Part shown: one piece after another, positions 50,976 through 62,345 of the stretch
How the letters are laid out: each line of letters opens with the position of its first letter
Position numbering within the stretch: position 1 is the first letter of the stretch
Virus record (IMG/VR): IMGVR_UViG_3300028591_000083
Coordinates: 32,001-96,000 of that record
Origin: a virus
Taxonomy: Duplodnaviria; Caudoviricetes
DNA length: 64,000 nt
Strand: one strand, 5' to 3'
The notes under the pieces: model-generated
Database searches by the model: none
What the model was told of the DNA's origin: nothing
What the model saw: the letters and a program-made list of their open reading frames with translations, nothing else
Made by a program: the position numbers and the translations under genes

Positions 50976-53266
50976 TTACAGTGCTGGAAACTCTTTTAAC
51001 GGAAATACCTTATTCCACGATTCTTCCAATTTATGTAAAGTTTCTTCTGATTTAGGAACTGGACTACTGAATTCTCCGAGTTGATATTGATAGTCATAAG
51101 CATTTGACAGTTGATCATTAACTGCTTCAATGCAAGAATTTATCTTATTACATTTTTCAATAGTAAAATCGCTTGTCAGATAGTCATAAATATCTTTTGC
51201 CGAATTCGCGCCGATGAAGATAATCCATGTTTCAATGAATGTTCTATCTATAATATCTGAAAGATACTTTGCATATTCATCAATCAGTCCGTTATAGTAA
51301 TTAGGACAAATATCTATGAGATTTTCGGCATCCATATTCCATTCTTTAGAGAGTTTTGATGAATATGCCGCAGCTCCGGTATTTAGTTCAGAGTTACTAT
51401 TTATGACATCAATAAAATCTTGCTTATTTGAAACATCAATCATCTAACCTCTCCCAACTGATAATATATTCGTATTGAGGATTATTTCTATTTCCACATT
51501 CATTCACAGATACAACATATCCCAGTCCTCTAAGATGATTAACAATATATCCATTTTCTCCATCCTTTCCAATATCCAAGAAATCAAAATCTGTTTCACT
51601 GAAAAGAACAGATGTGTGAAATTTAGCCTCTGAAACTGCTGTGTCAATAGCTTTTTTGATTCTTGTAAATGCTAATTCATAGTCCTCGGATATCTTAGAT
51701 TGTCTAACACCAAACACCTTAAAATATGCTTCTTTGGCAGACATCAAACCATACATATCTTTTTCATCATTCATACTATATATCTCCTAAATTTCTTAAT
51801 TTGGATTACCTACTATAAGATCAATATTTATAATCTCAATAGGATTAAATTCAGGCTTATGCATTTTTTCTACATACTCCTTAAAATCCTATAAGCTGAA
51901 AACCAATAAGAGTCGCAGTTTTACTTTCACTATCACCAACAAACCTAGGAATAAGAACCCATCCAAGATCTTCTTCACGAATAGCGGATTCCGCAGCATT
52001 TCCAATAACTGTATTGTAGAATGTGATATCCGCATAGTTAAAATCGTTATCAAAGTCATTAAGATAAACTCTTGCCAGCCAGTTATGAGGAAGATAAAAA
52101 CAATTCATTGCATCGTGCCAAAATCCGTCTGCGGTAAATTTCGTACTGACAATATGATATCTCTTATCTGGATTATTCTTTAATTCAGATATGCAGCAAT
52201 CTTTTAACCATCCTTCACACACTACTTTTATTTTCATCAATCAAACCTCTCATTTTCTGTTGGAGATCCTGTAAAACTTTCAAGCCACGCAACTCTAGCA
52301 GTTACATCGTCTAGTTTTTCATCATAGTACGCTGATGTTTTGATATTGGCAATATCTATATCCTTGATTTCTTCTTTAAGTTTTTCTACTTCGTTTGTCA
52401 AAGATTGGATTTCCTTAGAAATTAAAACTAAATAATCTTTGATTGACATATCATTCACAGGTTGCTGATCAGATTCTTTTACAGGTAAATTATGTTCGTT
52501 CAACCACTTCTTTCTTGGTTCCTCATCCATTTCAGAAAGAAATTCATTAAACTCATTACAAATGTTATCGTCTTTGCTCACAGTCTCACTCTCATCTTTT
52601 TCAAAATATTCTTTATAAAGCCCATCAAATGTTTTCAGAGGTTTTTCGCGTTTTTCCCATTTCTTCATAAACTTAGTCCTCCTTATCCGATAAGGAATCA
52701 AACAACTCACAATATTGGAGTTTTTTGCCGTTACATTTCTTATTTAAGTCATTGATAAAAACTTCTTGAGATATCTTCTTTGGAACATTCTTATCCAGTA
52801 TCTTATGTTCTTCTTGAATGCATCTTAAAACAGTAAATAACAATACATTTACACATACAATCGGTATGATGGCAATATAATTTGCGTTGTAAACAGCAAC
52901 TATAAATGTTGCCAAAAGAGATCCATACAATAAAGCAAAGACTAAAAACAAGAAACAAGATGTAAGAATCATTGGAATATTTGGTCTGGTCTTTGTCTTA
53001 TACTTAAATGTTACTGAATTACAATTCTCACATAGATGTGGAACGTAGGTGTATTCTCTCAAACCATACCCGCCGAAACATTGAACAGAAACTTTCTCCC
53101 TTAATTTAGGATAGTGATAAATCTGTTTACCTATTTTCATATCAGGTTTTTCATATAATTCAATTAGCGATTCTATATCGTAATTATTACAATTCGGACA
53201 TGACGTTAATACACCAAGATCATCATTTTGCTGCTCTCCATGCTTTACCGTGAGTGTACCTTTCAT
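50976..53266 (-). other. Cassette of hypothetical CDSs: 50976-51443, 51436-51774, 51881-52240, 52237-52668, 52673-53266 (Zn ribbon + 2 TM)
   Basis: Coupled ORFs downstream of promoter 53295-53329. Confidence 0.7.
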
Positions 53267-53294
53267 ATTAGTACCTCCTGTTTTGTATTTTACT

Positions 53295-53329
53295 AAATAT
53301 AGTATAACACACTTTCTGTCAAATGTCAA
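53295..53329 (-). promoter_or_regulatory. Conserved phage early promoter
   Basis: TTGACA-17-TATACT + ATATTT. Confidence 0.85.
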
Positions 53330-53396
53330 GAGTAATCAGCAAAACATATCATAAAATTTTGCCGGATTATTGTACTAAACATTGTATGAAATAAAC

Positions 53397-53437
53397 AAAA
53401 AAGAGTCTGATAACTGTCCGTTACCAAACTCTTTTTT
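53397..53437 (-). terminator. Intrinsic terminator after thyX
   Basis: aaaaaagagt..actctttttt hairpin with T tract on minus strand. Confidence 0.7.
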
Positions 53438-53533
53438 CTAAGGCTGTTTTTATTTGGATGCCGTTAATTAAAAAGACGCAGCTTGGTACGCTTATCAAAA
53501 ACAGCTAAAAACCAGAGGCGTACTGCGTACTTA

Positions 53534-54211
53534 TCAGCTTTTTTTCTTAGGATATCTACCACAAGATTTCTTTTCTTGACAATATCCATATTCAACACAC
53601 TTAGGATGCATTGTAAGATCTACTAACTCTCGCCATTCATCTGAATACTGTCTCAGAGCTTCAATATAATCATTGAACAGTTGTCTGTATTCCCAATTAG
53701 CTCTTTGACACATTCTATTTCTTGACATATCAATTACATTTCTTGCATTCCGCTTATCTACAATTCTTGTTTCCATTGCCATAGGAAGAAGAAGTGCTGA
53801 ATCTTCTCGCGGAATCTTCAAACATTTTTCCAAATACTGAATTGATTGTCTGATATGTTCAATAGTTTCTGTATATACTTTTTTAGCCTCTTCATTGTCA
53901 CTAATGCTTTTTGGAACAATCGCGCCAAAATTAGCATAATCAATGTATCTTGTAGATTCCTGTAACCTAGTCGGTAAACATCCAATATGAGTATACCATT
54001 CTCTAATTACTCTAGCGGAATAATCATCAATTACAGTATAAATATCTGGAAATTCAATCGTTCTGCCGTGATTTGATGTAATACAATCAAGACCTCTTTT
54101 ATAATTCTTTTCTTTATCAGAAGTATCAGAACCCCAACAAATACCGGCACATTCTCCAATAAAAGAAATAGGATTTTTCATAGTCTTTTCTAAAATAGTC
54201 ACAGTACCCAT
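53534..54211 (-). CDS. thyX: Flavin-dependent thymidylate synthase
   Basis: HGRTIEF, SARVIREWYTH..LQESTRY, EDSALLLP, RMCQRANWEYR. Confidence 0.88.
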   Translation of the reverse strand: MGTVTILEKTMKNPISFIGECAGICWGSDTSDKEKNYKRGLDCITSNHGRTIEFPDIYTVIDDYSARVIREWYTHIGCLPTRLQESTRYIDYANFGAIVPKSISDNEEAKKVYTETIEHIRQSIQYLEKCLKIPREDSALLLPMAMETRIVDKRNARNVIDMSRNRMCQRANWEYRQLFNDYIEALRQYSDEWRELVDLTMHPKCVEYGYCQEKKSCGRYPKKKS

Positions 54212-54227
54212 GTATTAAGTTCCTCCA

Positions 54228-54809
54228 TCATTCTAAAATGTTTTCAAAATCTACCTCTCGTGGCTTATAGTAAACTTGACGATAAGCCGCTACAAGGTGT
54301 TTCAAAACCTCTGGATCAATAGATTGAGAATTTATCACAGATGCAATATGCAACCTATTTTTTATTGTTCTCCGTTGTTTAAGATATAATTGTAACTTCT
54401 TATAAATTCTATATCCGTCTACTCCGTTAAGATCATTTTGTTCAATGTAGTGTAGAATATCTGATATTGTTCTATCTGTTGTGCTTTGTAGAGTTCTTAG
54501 ATCATCTTCGTGTTCAGCGGCATCACGAACTATATCATTGAACTGTTCAATAGTATCAATATCCATTTTTACATCTTCATCTATTTCACTCATATAGATG
54601 AATACTGGTTCTACTCTGAAATCTGTATTTGATTCTGCAATAGTTCCTCTATGTGATCCGAGGTGAGTATTTAGTACATTTTCTGCCGCTTCTTTAGAAG
54701 TCCATAAATATGCTTCTTCTTTACTTTTCTTAAAAGAAGTTCCTGTTGTATTGGAAACATATTGTTCTCCATCTGTGATAATGTACTTTGTTATCTTATC
54801 AGATTTCAT
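54228..54809 (-). CDS. Conserved phage hypothetical protein
   Basis: D..ISDILHYIE..LN..GY..YK.L...RR.IKN motif. Confidence 0.75.
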   Translation of the reverse strand: MKSDKITKYIITDGEQYVSNTTGTSFKKSKEEAYLWTSKEAAENVLNTHLGSHRGTIAESNTDFRVEPVFIYMSEIDEDVKMDIDTIEQFNDIVRDAAEHEDDLRTLQSTTDRTISDILHYIEQNDLNGVDGYRIYKKLQLYLKQRRTIKNRLHIASVINSQSIDPEVLKHLVAAYRQVYYKPREVDFENILE

Positions 54810-54827
54810 ATAGTAAGATCACCTACC

Positions 54828-55595
54828 CTAAAATAATTTTGTACTGGTTTCTCCGTATTGTTTCTTAATTCTTGATTCTGCGATATTGAAATATTCCTCG
54901 TTCATCTCACAACCAATAAACTTTCGGTTATTTTTCAAACAAGCAACACCTGTGCTTCCAGAACCCATAAACATATCCAGAACAAGTTGGTTTTCTTCTG
55001 TGTATCGTTTGATAAGATACTCAAGAAGTTCTACTGGCTTTTGTGTTGGATGAACTCTATCAGAACCGTAATCTCTCCGGAACTATAGTATCTCACATGG
55101 ATGTCTAGTTCCGTCATCTTCATATGGGGTTACTTTAAGTTCATTTGAGGATATTGTTTGTGTAGATTTTCCTTTCGGTGAATTTTTAGATAATTTTTCG
55201 CCGGTGTATAAGACCTTTGCTTCATTGTATAGACATTGCTCTTTATAGAATACACAGATATTTTCAACATATTTTGCTGGTCTACGTTTAACTTGAAATA
55301 TATTTGTTGGTCTTTCTTTTTTCCAGTACCAATCGTACTTGTACCAAGACAGGTTACTTAATCTTAGATGTGATGCAAACGGCTCCTGTGCAAAAATACA
55401 AATACAAGCATTTGGCTTGCAAATTCTTTTAATATGATACCATATGGCATTGAGATCAATACTGTTATCCCACTCCAATGGAGTTTGACCATATGGAGGA
55501 TCTGTAAGTATCATATCTACTGAATTATTTGGGATTGATTTTAGGAGTTCATAGCAATCTCCTTTTAATAATTCATACGGTAGTTTTTCAAACAT
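54828..55595 (-). pseudogene. Beta-class N4C/N6A DNA methyltransferase interrupted by in-frame TAG (55083-55085)
   Basis: TDPPYG before the stop; HPTQKPVELL..VLDMFMGSGSTGVA..FIGCE after it in the same frame. Confidence 0.85.
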
Positions 55596-55601
55596 AATTA
55601 T

Positions 55602-56822
55602 TCACCAGTTAGAACAATTTCCTTTCCAATTCATTATTTCTGTTAAAAAAATAGTTTGTTTAGTACGTCTATGTGAAGTATTGTCAACTGCGTTATCCGC
55701 TAACATAATACATGAAAGTCTTTTTGTCATTACGTTAATCACATCTTTACTCATTGTTATTCTCCATTTCATAATCTTCAATAGTATACGCAGTTCCATC
55801 GGCTTTGATCATAGGACAAAATCCAGTATGTTGTGTTCCAATGTGCATAAAAACATAAATAACTCCTGTTTCTTTATGAACATAGATTGAGCAATCATCA
55901 GAACCCTTCAAGCACTCAAAGTGACAATTCTCTGTTTCAATGCTTGCGAAACCACATCCCGACAATAAAAGAAGCACGGAAACTGCTCCACAAAGTAAAA
56001 TTCTTTTGATCATTTTTTAACTCCTTTCGGAATATTGCACATAGATTTTCTGTTACTTATCAAAGAAATCTTATAAATAAGTTCATCCATTTGTTCCAAT
56101 AAAGAGCTTGGAATTGAGGCAAAACTTTTACAGTTGTTTATTGAAAAGTTAATTTCTTCAAGTTCTTTTCTAAGGTCAAATTCCCAGTCTTTAAGTACCT
56201 CATATTCACTTCTCATGTCAGTCATTCCTTCCGAAAATAGCTTCTGCAAAACTTTTTATAACAAGAACAACAGAACCAACAACAAGATAAACAACTGCAC
56301 AAGATGCTCGGATCAAAAAATCTCCAGAATCGCCACTTCTCATAATTAACCCTCCTCATATTCCAATACTTTACACAGGCTATGATATTTGTTTGAACTA
56401 CACCATTCGATTATAACAGCATTAGCGTCTCTAAGTTCCTTTATAACCTTTTCTCTTTCGTAGTGATTTCCATATAATGTTTTAAGTGCATATCCAAGGT
56501 CTTTTACAATGTGGTCGTAAATATCTTCGCAATAAAGTCCTTTTACTTGATAATCCCAATAAAATAGCTTTGCTATCATATAGCCACCGTGTTTACACTG
56601 TTTGTAAACAACTCTACTTATTTGACGGTCAAGTTTTTCAAAAGACTTTACAATATCAGTAGAAGATTCACTTAGCATTTTTGCAGATTCCGCGCAAAGG
56701 ATAACAGAATTGTTTTCACGTTTTTCTTTGATCCAATTCTTAATTCCTCTTCCAATCATTCCTGCAAAAATCCCAGAAGTAAAAATTCCTAACCATTCAA
56801 AAAATGTAATCATATAAACCAC
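55602..56822 (-). other. Small CDSs: 55602-55754, 55747-56013 (lipoprotein-like LLSGC), 56010-56216, 56218-56343 (TM), 56346-56822
   Basis: Coupled ORFs with SDs. Confidence 0.6.
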
Positions 56823-56849
56823 ACCTCTTCTTTATCAGAAGTTTATTTC

Positions 56850-57500
56850 TCAATAAGAAGGATATGCAAAGTCCAAACCGTGAGCACTATTAAAATTTAT
56901 ATCATCAACATCGTATTCTTGCATTCCCATATAACTAGGATATTCTGTTGTGCTTTGTTGGTTTTGTTTATTGTTAAAATCTTTATAGATCATAGAACCG
57001 GTGGCTCCTGTTTGACCTTGATATTTTCCGTTATATTGATTTTCTGCGGCATTATCCATTTGTGCAAAAACAAGTTGTGCAACTCTTGTTCCGGAAAGCA
57101 ATTTGATATTGTGATTTCCTGCATTAAATAGTTCAAGAGTAATTTCACCTTTGAAACCCGGATCAACCCATCCTGCATTTTGAACAAACAAACCAAGTCT
57201 ACCAATAGAACTTCTACCTTCAACGAATGCCGTAACATTAGAAGGAAGTTCGATTGTTTCCATTGTTGTACCAAGAACAAACTCACCCGGCATAAGAATA
57301 TACTCGTTTGCTTTAATTGTCTTGTACTCGATGTTATCATTAAATGCAATGATATCATATCTATTTGTTTTTGGAACTGCAAAGCTATTTCCTAAACGAA
57401 TATCAAGACTTGCTGGTTGAATAGAATCCGGAGTATAATTTTTAACTCCAATAACCCCAGACTTAATTGCTTCACGGATTGTTTTATCTGATAAAATCAT
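56850..57500 (-). CDS. dcd: dCTP deaminase
   Basis: MILSD, IQPASLDIRLG, EGRSSIGRLGL, AGWVDPGFKGEITLEL, YNGKYQGQ. Confidence 0.95.
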   Translation of the reverse strand: MILSDKTIREAIKSGVIGVKNYTPDSIQPASLDIRLGNSFAVPKTNRYDIIAFNDNIEYKTIKANEYILMPGEFVLGTTMETIELPSNVTAFVEGRSSIGRLGLFVQNAGWVDPGFKGEITLELFNAGNHNIKLLSGTRVAQLVFAQMDNAAENQYNGKYQGQTGATGSMIYKDFNNKQNQQSTTEYPSYMGMQEYDVDDINFNSAHGLDFAYPSY

Positions 57501-58087
57501 TTTTTAATTTCCTCCATCTTACGTTTATTTATGATTTTAAGTGCATCAAATTCTAATTTAGTTTCTACATTAGATAGTCCTGTATTAAATCTATCTTTTA
57601 GCAGAAGATCATATCTTAAACATTCAAATATGTACGAGTCATGTAGACATCCATCCATTAGTCTACAAGTGTCTCTTAATCTACCTGCTTCCTTACCGCC
57701 ATATCGTTTAAGAAATGCTCTGTATCCCTTTATAGCAGGATTACCTTCAAATGCAGTAAACTCAACCCTATTAAGATGATATTTATAGAAAATTTCATAT
57801 ACACATAGAATAACATCATCGAAAAATACTCTATTTGTTTCTGTAAACGCACACAAACCAAAGTTATTTGCCGATCTATTATCATTGTTGTATGAATATC
57901 CAATATATCCAAGAATATTATTATCCTTATCTACAGAAGCAAATTGCCTAGAATAATAACAATTATCATCACTTTGATATATCGTTCTACCCGTACCGTC
58001 CCAGTAAAACTGAAATTTTTCATCATACCAAGTTGAAATAAATAACTTTTTTAATTCATCTTGTCTTAATTGTGCCGGAATAAGCAT
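57497..58087 (-). CDS. GNAT (RimJ/RimL-like) acetyltransferase
   Basis: ILGYI, LNRVEF..GNPA..Y...GGKEAG..DG.LHD.YIFE. Confidence 0.75.
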   Translation of the reverse strand: MLIPAQLRQDELKKLFISTWYDEKFQFYWDGTGRTIYQSDDNCYYSRQFASVDKDNNILGYIGYSYNNDNRSANNFGLCAFTETNRVFFDDVILCVYEIFYKYHLNRVEFTAFEGNPAIKGYRAFLKRYGGKEAGRLRDTCRLMDGCLHDSYIFECLRYDLLLKDRFNTGLSNVETKLEFDALKIINKRKMEEIKK

Positions 58088-58103
58088 TTTTCAACCTCCT
58101 TAA

Positions 58104-58898
58104 TCATGTGTAAAACCAACCACCAACCTCATCTTCGTAGAACTCTTCACAGGTTTCTCTGTTAGAATTTATAAATAAATGTTTCTCAGAATCAAAATAT
58201 CCAGCAAAAACATCACCTTTATTCGTTTCAAAAACTATTGACATAAAGTTCTGAGGTAATCCATCTTCATTAAATGGTTGAATAGTATCTTTGAATTTTT
58301 GTGTAAAGTGTTCAATAAGATAGTCTGCATCATATGTGAATTTAGACAAATCTCCATGAGACAACTCACAGATAATTTTCTGGTACTGATCTAATGCAAA
58401 TCTTAGTCCTTCTTCATCATCGAAACCATAATCATCGAGTAAGCATTTCAGCTTATCCATAGTAACCCCCTTAAATCGTTACCCAAAGAATAGCCATAAG
58501 TCTTAGAAATCTATATAGGGCTGTAATAAAGCAAGCTCCGGATGCAAAACCAAATAACGCTGATCTTGACTTTGTTCTTGATTTCACCGCGAAATGCCAA
58601 TTATATAGTGATAGACCTACTAGAAGTAGTACATATACAATATTCAAAATAACTTCAAGTCTCATCTTGAACCACCTCTAAACCTTTTCATAAATTCTTT
58701 GATTTTCTTTGAGCGTTCAAACTCATAGATGTCTGAAACGCTTAATTTTGTTTTTCGTGATACGTAATCTTTGTTTCTTTTCATCTCATAATTCTTCCAT
58801 TCTTTACAAGTAGTTCCACATCCAGCACATCGTTTCTGACAGTGTGTATTTGTTTTCTTGTCATAGCATGGATTATCCCTACCTTCAAGCACTTTCAT
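58104..58898 (-). other. Small CDSs: 58104-58460, 58471-58665 (2 TM), 58662-58898 (Cys-rich)
   Basis: Coupled ORFs. Confidence 0.65.
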
Positions 58899-58907
58899 AA
58901 AATTACC

Positions 58908-59942
58908 TCACTTCCAAAGTGGTTGTACGAATCGTGCAACATTTGTTTCATAAAGGAATTCCATGTCTTCATGCTGCACAGATTCATCATTAATGTATCT
59001 TAAAACTTGCAAGAAGTAAACAACCGGAACCTTTTTAATATCAGCAACAATTCCGCATCCATTACTTTTCTTTACCCAGAAGTCATAAGGCTTCAACTGT
59101 TTTAGTTCAAAAATTTCAACATGAACATCAATGAACTTTCTTCCTTCATTGAGTTTATGTACTGTATTGTGCATTCCGTCAAACAGTTCTGCAACCTTAC
59201 CTGTATAATTAAGAATAATTTCGTCTGTCGTATATCCATAAAAATCTTCTGGTTTCAGATTTGTAAGTTCCGGATCAAGAAGTCTAAGGATAAGTTCTTC
59301 TGTAATGTACTTTTCGGCGGCTTGCTGTCTCTTAGGATTCAAGTTACCAAAAATAACCTGTCTAATTCTCTTACTCATTGCAAGATACTTCAATCTTCTG
59401 TAATCTCCAACCTCACCTGCACGATTAAGAATTCCTTGAAAATCAATAGTCTTAGTATACGGGAATTTTGAAATGTTTGTAAGACCACTCAATGCCTCAA
59501 AATAATTCATACTCTGCAAATTAGCGGCTGTGAGATCAATAGACACAAACTTCTTACCGTCATTATGTGGCTTATAAATATCCAGACCTTTTGAAAACTG
59601 AATTCCGTCAAACAACTTTTCATCATGTTTCGGAAGTTCCATTTCATTGAACTTACGATATGAATCAAGCTGTCCAATAACATCAATGCATCTACTTGTA
59701 GCTTGTTTATTGATGTTAATAAATTCCTGTGTGTTTCCATCGTGTAATTCAAAAATACAATCATTTGCAAACTGCATTGTAAGCAAATACTTATTAAACC
59801 AATCAAAGTTATCAAATGCGTATCTGCAATGATCGACAGAAGTCATCTGAAGTGGAACATTATAATCTTTAATATACTGAGTCCAAAGTTTTTCATCTGT
59901 ATCAAATAGAACCGGATACGGATACCTCATTTTCATTTTCAT
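58908..59942 (-). CDS. Hypothetical protein with polymerase palm-like motifs
   Basis: FVSIDLTAAN, K.IRQVIFG.LNP, TTDEII. Confidence 0.6.
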   Translation of the reverse strand: MKMKMRYPYPVLFDTDEKLWTQYIKDYNVPLQMTSVDHCRYAFDNFDWFNKYLLTMQFANDCIFELHDGNTQEFININKQATSRCIDVIGQLDSYRKFNEMELPKHDEKLFDGIQFSKGLDIYKPHNDGKKFVSIDLTAANLQSMNYFEALSGLTNISKFPYTKTIDFQGILNRAGEVGDYRRLKYLAMSKRIRQVIFGNLNPKRQQAAEKYITEELILRLLDPELTNLKPEDFYGYTTDEIILNYTGKVAELFDGMHNTVHKLNEGRKFIDVHVEIFELKQLKPYDFWVKKSNGCGIVADIKKVPVVYFLQVLRYINDESVQHEDMEFLYETNVARFVQPLWK

Positions 59943-61096
59943 TACCTCCAAAAATAGAAATCTGTGATATCTTTTGCCAATCTTCTGATTCTATCCTTAT
60001 CCGGAGTTTCCGGAAGATAGGATGTTTTATATGCTTGTTCAAGTCTTTGATCATATTCTGTTACCATATCAAAGAACTCTTTTGAAAACGATTCGCCGTT
60101 AAAGAATTTACCGTTTTTAACTTCCATCAAGAAGTCATGTTCTTTTTCTCTATATGTTTGAATAACTCCGTCATGTAGAATGTCATATCCCATCATGTAG
60201 AGGCGAAATAAATGTTGTGAGTGCTTGCATAAATGATAATCGTCTTTTTTATTATTTCGGTGTCCAAGAACTTTGTTAAACTCTTTAATATTAGAACCAA
60301 TCTCATTCATAACAGATGTGAATTGTCTGGCAGGTAACATATCAATATTCACATTAAATACAAGTTCCACATCATCAGGATCAATAGTTTTTCCATTCGC
60401 TTTTACTTCTTTATATGTATCGTAAAACAGAAGTTGAATATCATCCGGAACTACTTTATGTCCGTCAATATACACATCGTTTCCTTCTTTGTCTTTTACC
60501 TCAATGCTTACCATTTTAGTATTATAGTTTGAATATTCACGTTCAAGATGTTTCTGCATTCTATTTACGGCATCCGCCATACAAAGAACATTGGATAGTG
60601 TTCCTTGTCTTTGTCTGCCCAGAGCATTCTTTAATCTCTGGAACTGCCCTCTTGCATATTCAGCAAAAGATCTGTATGCCATCTTAGAAAGAAAGACATC
60701 TGCGTTTCTAATAAGATATTCAGCAATCGGGCTATACATTAAATAATCCTGTTTTCTGCACCCAAGCATTTCAATCGTGTTCGGATTGCAGTTATATAGA
60801 AGTTTGAACAATTTATGAATACTGTAAATAGTTGTATCTGTATTAGTTTCTGTTATTTGCTCAAACCCATTCTCACCAAATATCACATAAGGTTCTGCTT
60901 TATCGTGTAGAAACCCACATCCGGTAAGATTGTCATACGGAGGAAAACATACTCCACGAATATCAATATCTGAATTTGGTGTATTTAGTCCATATGCATG
61001 ACTTCCGCCAAGACACAGAAATATGATGTTTTCAAGATATTTATTATTCCTCAAAAAGTCATATTCTTTACCATTTACAATTTCTTTGATGTTCAT
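59942..61096 (-). CDS. Pol-beta-fold nucleotidyltransferase (YcgL/RlaP-like)
   Basis: GSHAYGLNTPNSDIDIRGV, CNPNTIEML, KHSQHLFRL. Confidence 0.85.
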   Translation of the reverse strand: MNIKEIVNGKEYDFLRNNKYLENIIFLCLGGSHAYGLNTPNSDIDIRGVCFPPYDNLTGCGFLHDKAEPYVIFGENGFEQITETNTDTTIYSIHKLFKLLYNCNPNTIEMLGCRKQDYLMYSPIAEYLIRNADVFLSKMAYRSFAEYARGQFQRLKNALGRQRQGTLSNVLCMADAVNRMQKHLEREYSNYNTKMVSIEVKDKEGNDVYIDGHKVVPDDIQLLFYDTYKEVKANGKTIDPDDVELVFNVNIDMLPARQFTSVMNEIGSNIKEFNKVLGHRNNKKDDYHLCKHSQHLFRLYMMGYDILHDGVIQTYREKEHDFLMEVKNGKFFNGESFSKEFFDMVTEYDQRLEQAYKTSYLPETPDKDRIRRLAKDITDFYFWR

Positions 61097-61125
61097 TTTA
61101 TCACTCCTTATACAATGTCCGTTAT

Positions 61126-61160
61126 AAATATAGTATAACATACTTTGCTGAAAATGTCAA
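61126..61160 (-). promoter_or_regulatory. Conserved phage early promoter
   Basis: TTGACA-17-TATACT + ATATTT; terminator ~61188-61220. Confidence 0.85.
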
Positions 61161-61229
61161 GTGTTTTTTGAAATTTTACATATAAAACAAAAAGGATGTC
61201 CCTTTGTGGAACATCCTTTGTTTCTACTA

Positions 61230-61700
61230 TCAGTACGAATATTCGGATTCAATGAATACTTGATACTTATCAGGATTTTGTAAAAGTGTTTCTAACCATT
61301 CTGGTTTGTTGTGTTCATACATTGCTAGATCTAAGGCATCCAAATTCTCTCTATCACCAAGCCAATGTTTCAACGCCATTAGATGTGAAAGATTGTGAAT
61401 AGTTGTATCTCTTACTTCTAGTTCAGACCATATCTGACTGCCCCAAATATCAGAATCAATAGGATCAATTAAATGTTCATAAATGTAATCAATAACTGTA
61501 TCAACTACCGTTACAGAACAAATAGCATTGAACTTATCTTGATATTTTTCATCTGTGTGTTTTGCTTCTTCTTCACACAAGCAATGCAATTCTTTAGAAA
61601 TTGCAAAACATTTACGCCAATAAGCCACATCTTCTCGAAACTCAGTCACGCCTGTAATAGCATTTTTAATTGTTAAATAGATTGTGTAATCTAATCCCAT
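61230..61700 (-). CDS. Hypothetical protein (MGLD..AYWRK family)
   Basis: MGLDY..YWRK..Y.SY pattern common in phages. Confidence 0.7.
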   Translation of the reverse strand: MGLDYTIYLTIKNAITGVTEFREDVAYWRKCFAISKELHCLCEEEAKHTDEKYQDKFNAICSVTVVDTVIDYIYEHLIDPIDSDIWGSQIWSELEVRDTTIHNLSHLMALKHWLGDRENLDALDLAMYEHNKPEWLETLLQNPDKYQVFIESEYSY

Positions 61701-61702
61701 TT

Positions 61703-61819
61703 TTATTTCCCCCAAATAGATTCAAGTGTTTCATCAATTTCTTTTGATGCTTTACATAGTGCAAATCCAAACATTGCTGACATGGCACACAAACAAGCAA
61801 TTCCAATAACCCTTAACAT
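61703..61819 (-). CDS. 38-aa membrane peptide
   Basis: MLRVIGIACLCAMSAMFGFALCK.., GGAGG SD, coupled on both sides. Confidence 0.55.
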   Translation of the reverse strand: MLRVIGIACLCAMSAMFGFALCKASKEIDETLESIWGK

Positions 61820-62337
61820 AGTTTCTTTCCTCCACTCTTTTTCATTTGTTTACAATTCTCACAGCTTGGAAATTCATTTGGACAATTTGATACGTTCTCA
61901 CATGGAAGTTCTCTGTAAAAAATATTTCCGGTTCTTTTACCAATAACCGCTAATTCATAAATATGATCCGTGATAACTCCATTATGGTGTCTTACATATC
62001 CTCTGAATTCATAGCGTTTATCTTTTTCGTCTACTACATAGAAATCACATGGTCTTAACGGTTCTGGACGTGATTTCTTAAAATCTTTCCATCCTCTATC
62101 CGGCTTTACAATTACATTAGGTTTCTTCTCTACTACTAATTTTTTGCTTTCTCTTATTTTTGTACCCAATTTAGGAGATTCTCTTTTAGTAGTAGGAACA
62201 ACGGTATTTTTTCTAATTCTACCACGCCGCTTTTTTGCGGCTTCAACAAGTTCAACATCTTCATTTTTTCTGTTCTTTTTCTGTGTTTCTTTTGATTCAA
62301 CTTCAAACAATGGTTTTCTGAATTCTGCTTTTCTCAC
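61813..62337 (-). CDS. Basic hypothetical protein
   Basis: GAGGTG SD; C-terminal Cys cluster. Confidence 0.7.
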   Translation of the reverse strand: MRKAEFRKPLFEVESKETQKKNRKNEDVELVEAAKKRRGRIRKNTVVPTTKRESPKLGTKIRESKKLVVEKKPNVIVKPDRGWKDFKKSRPEPLRPCDFYVVDEKDKRYEFRGYVRHHNGVITDHIYELAVIGKRTGNIFYRELPCENVSNCPNEFPSCENCKQMKKSGGKKLC

Positions 62338-62345
62338 AATACACC

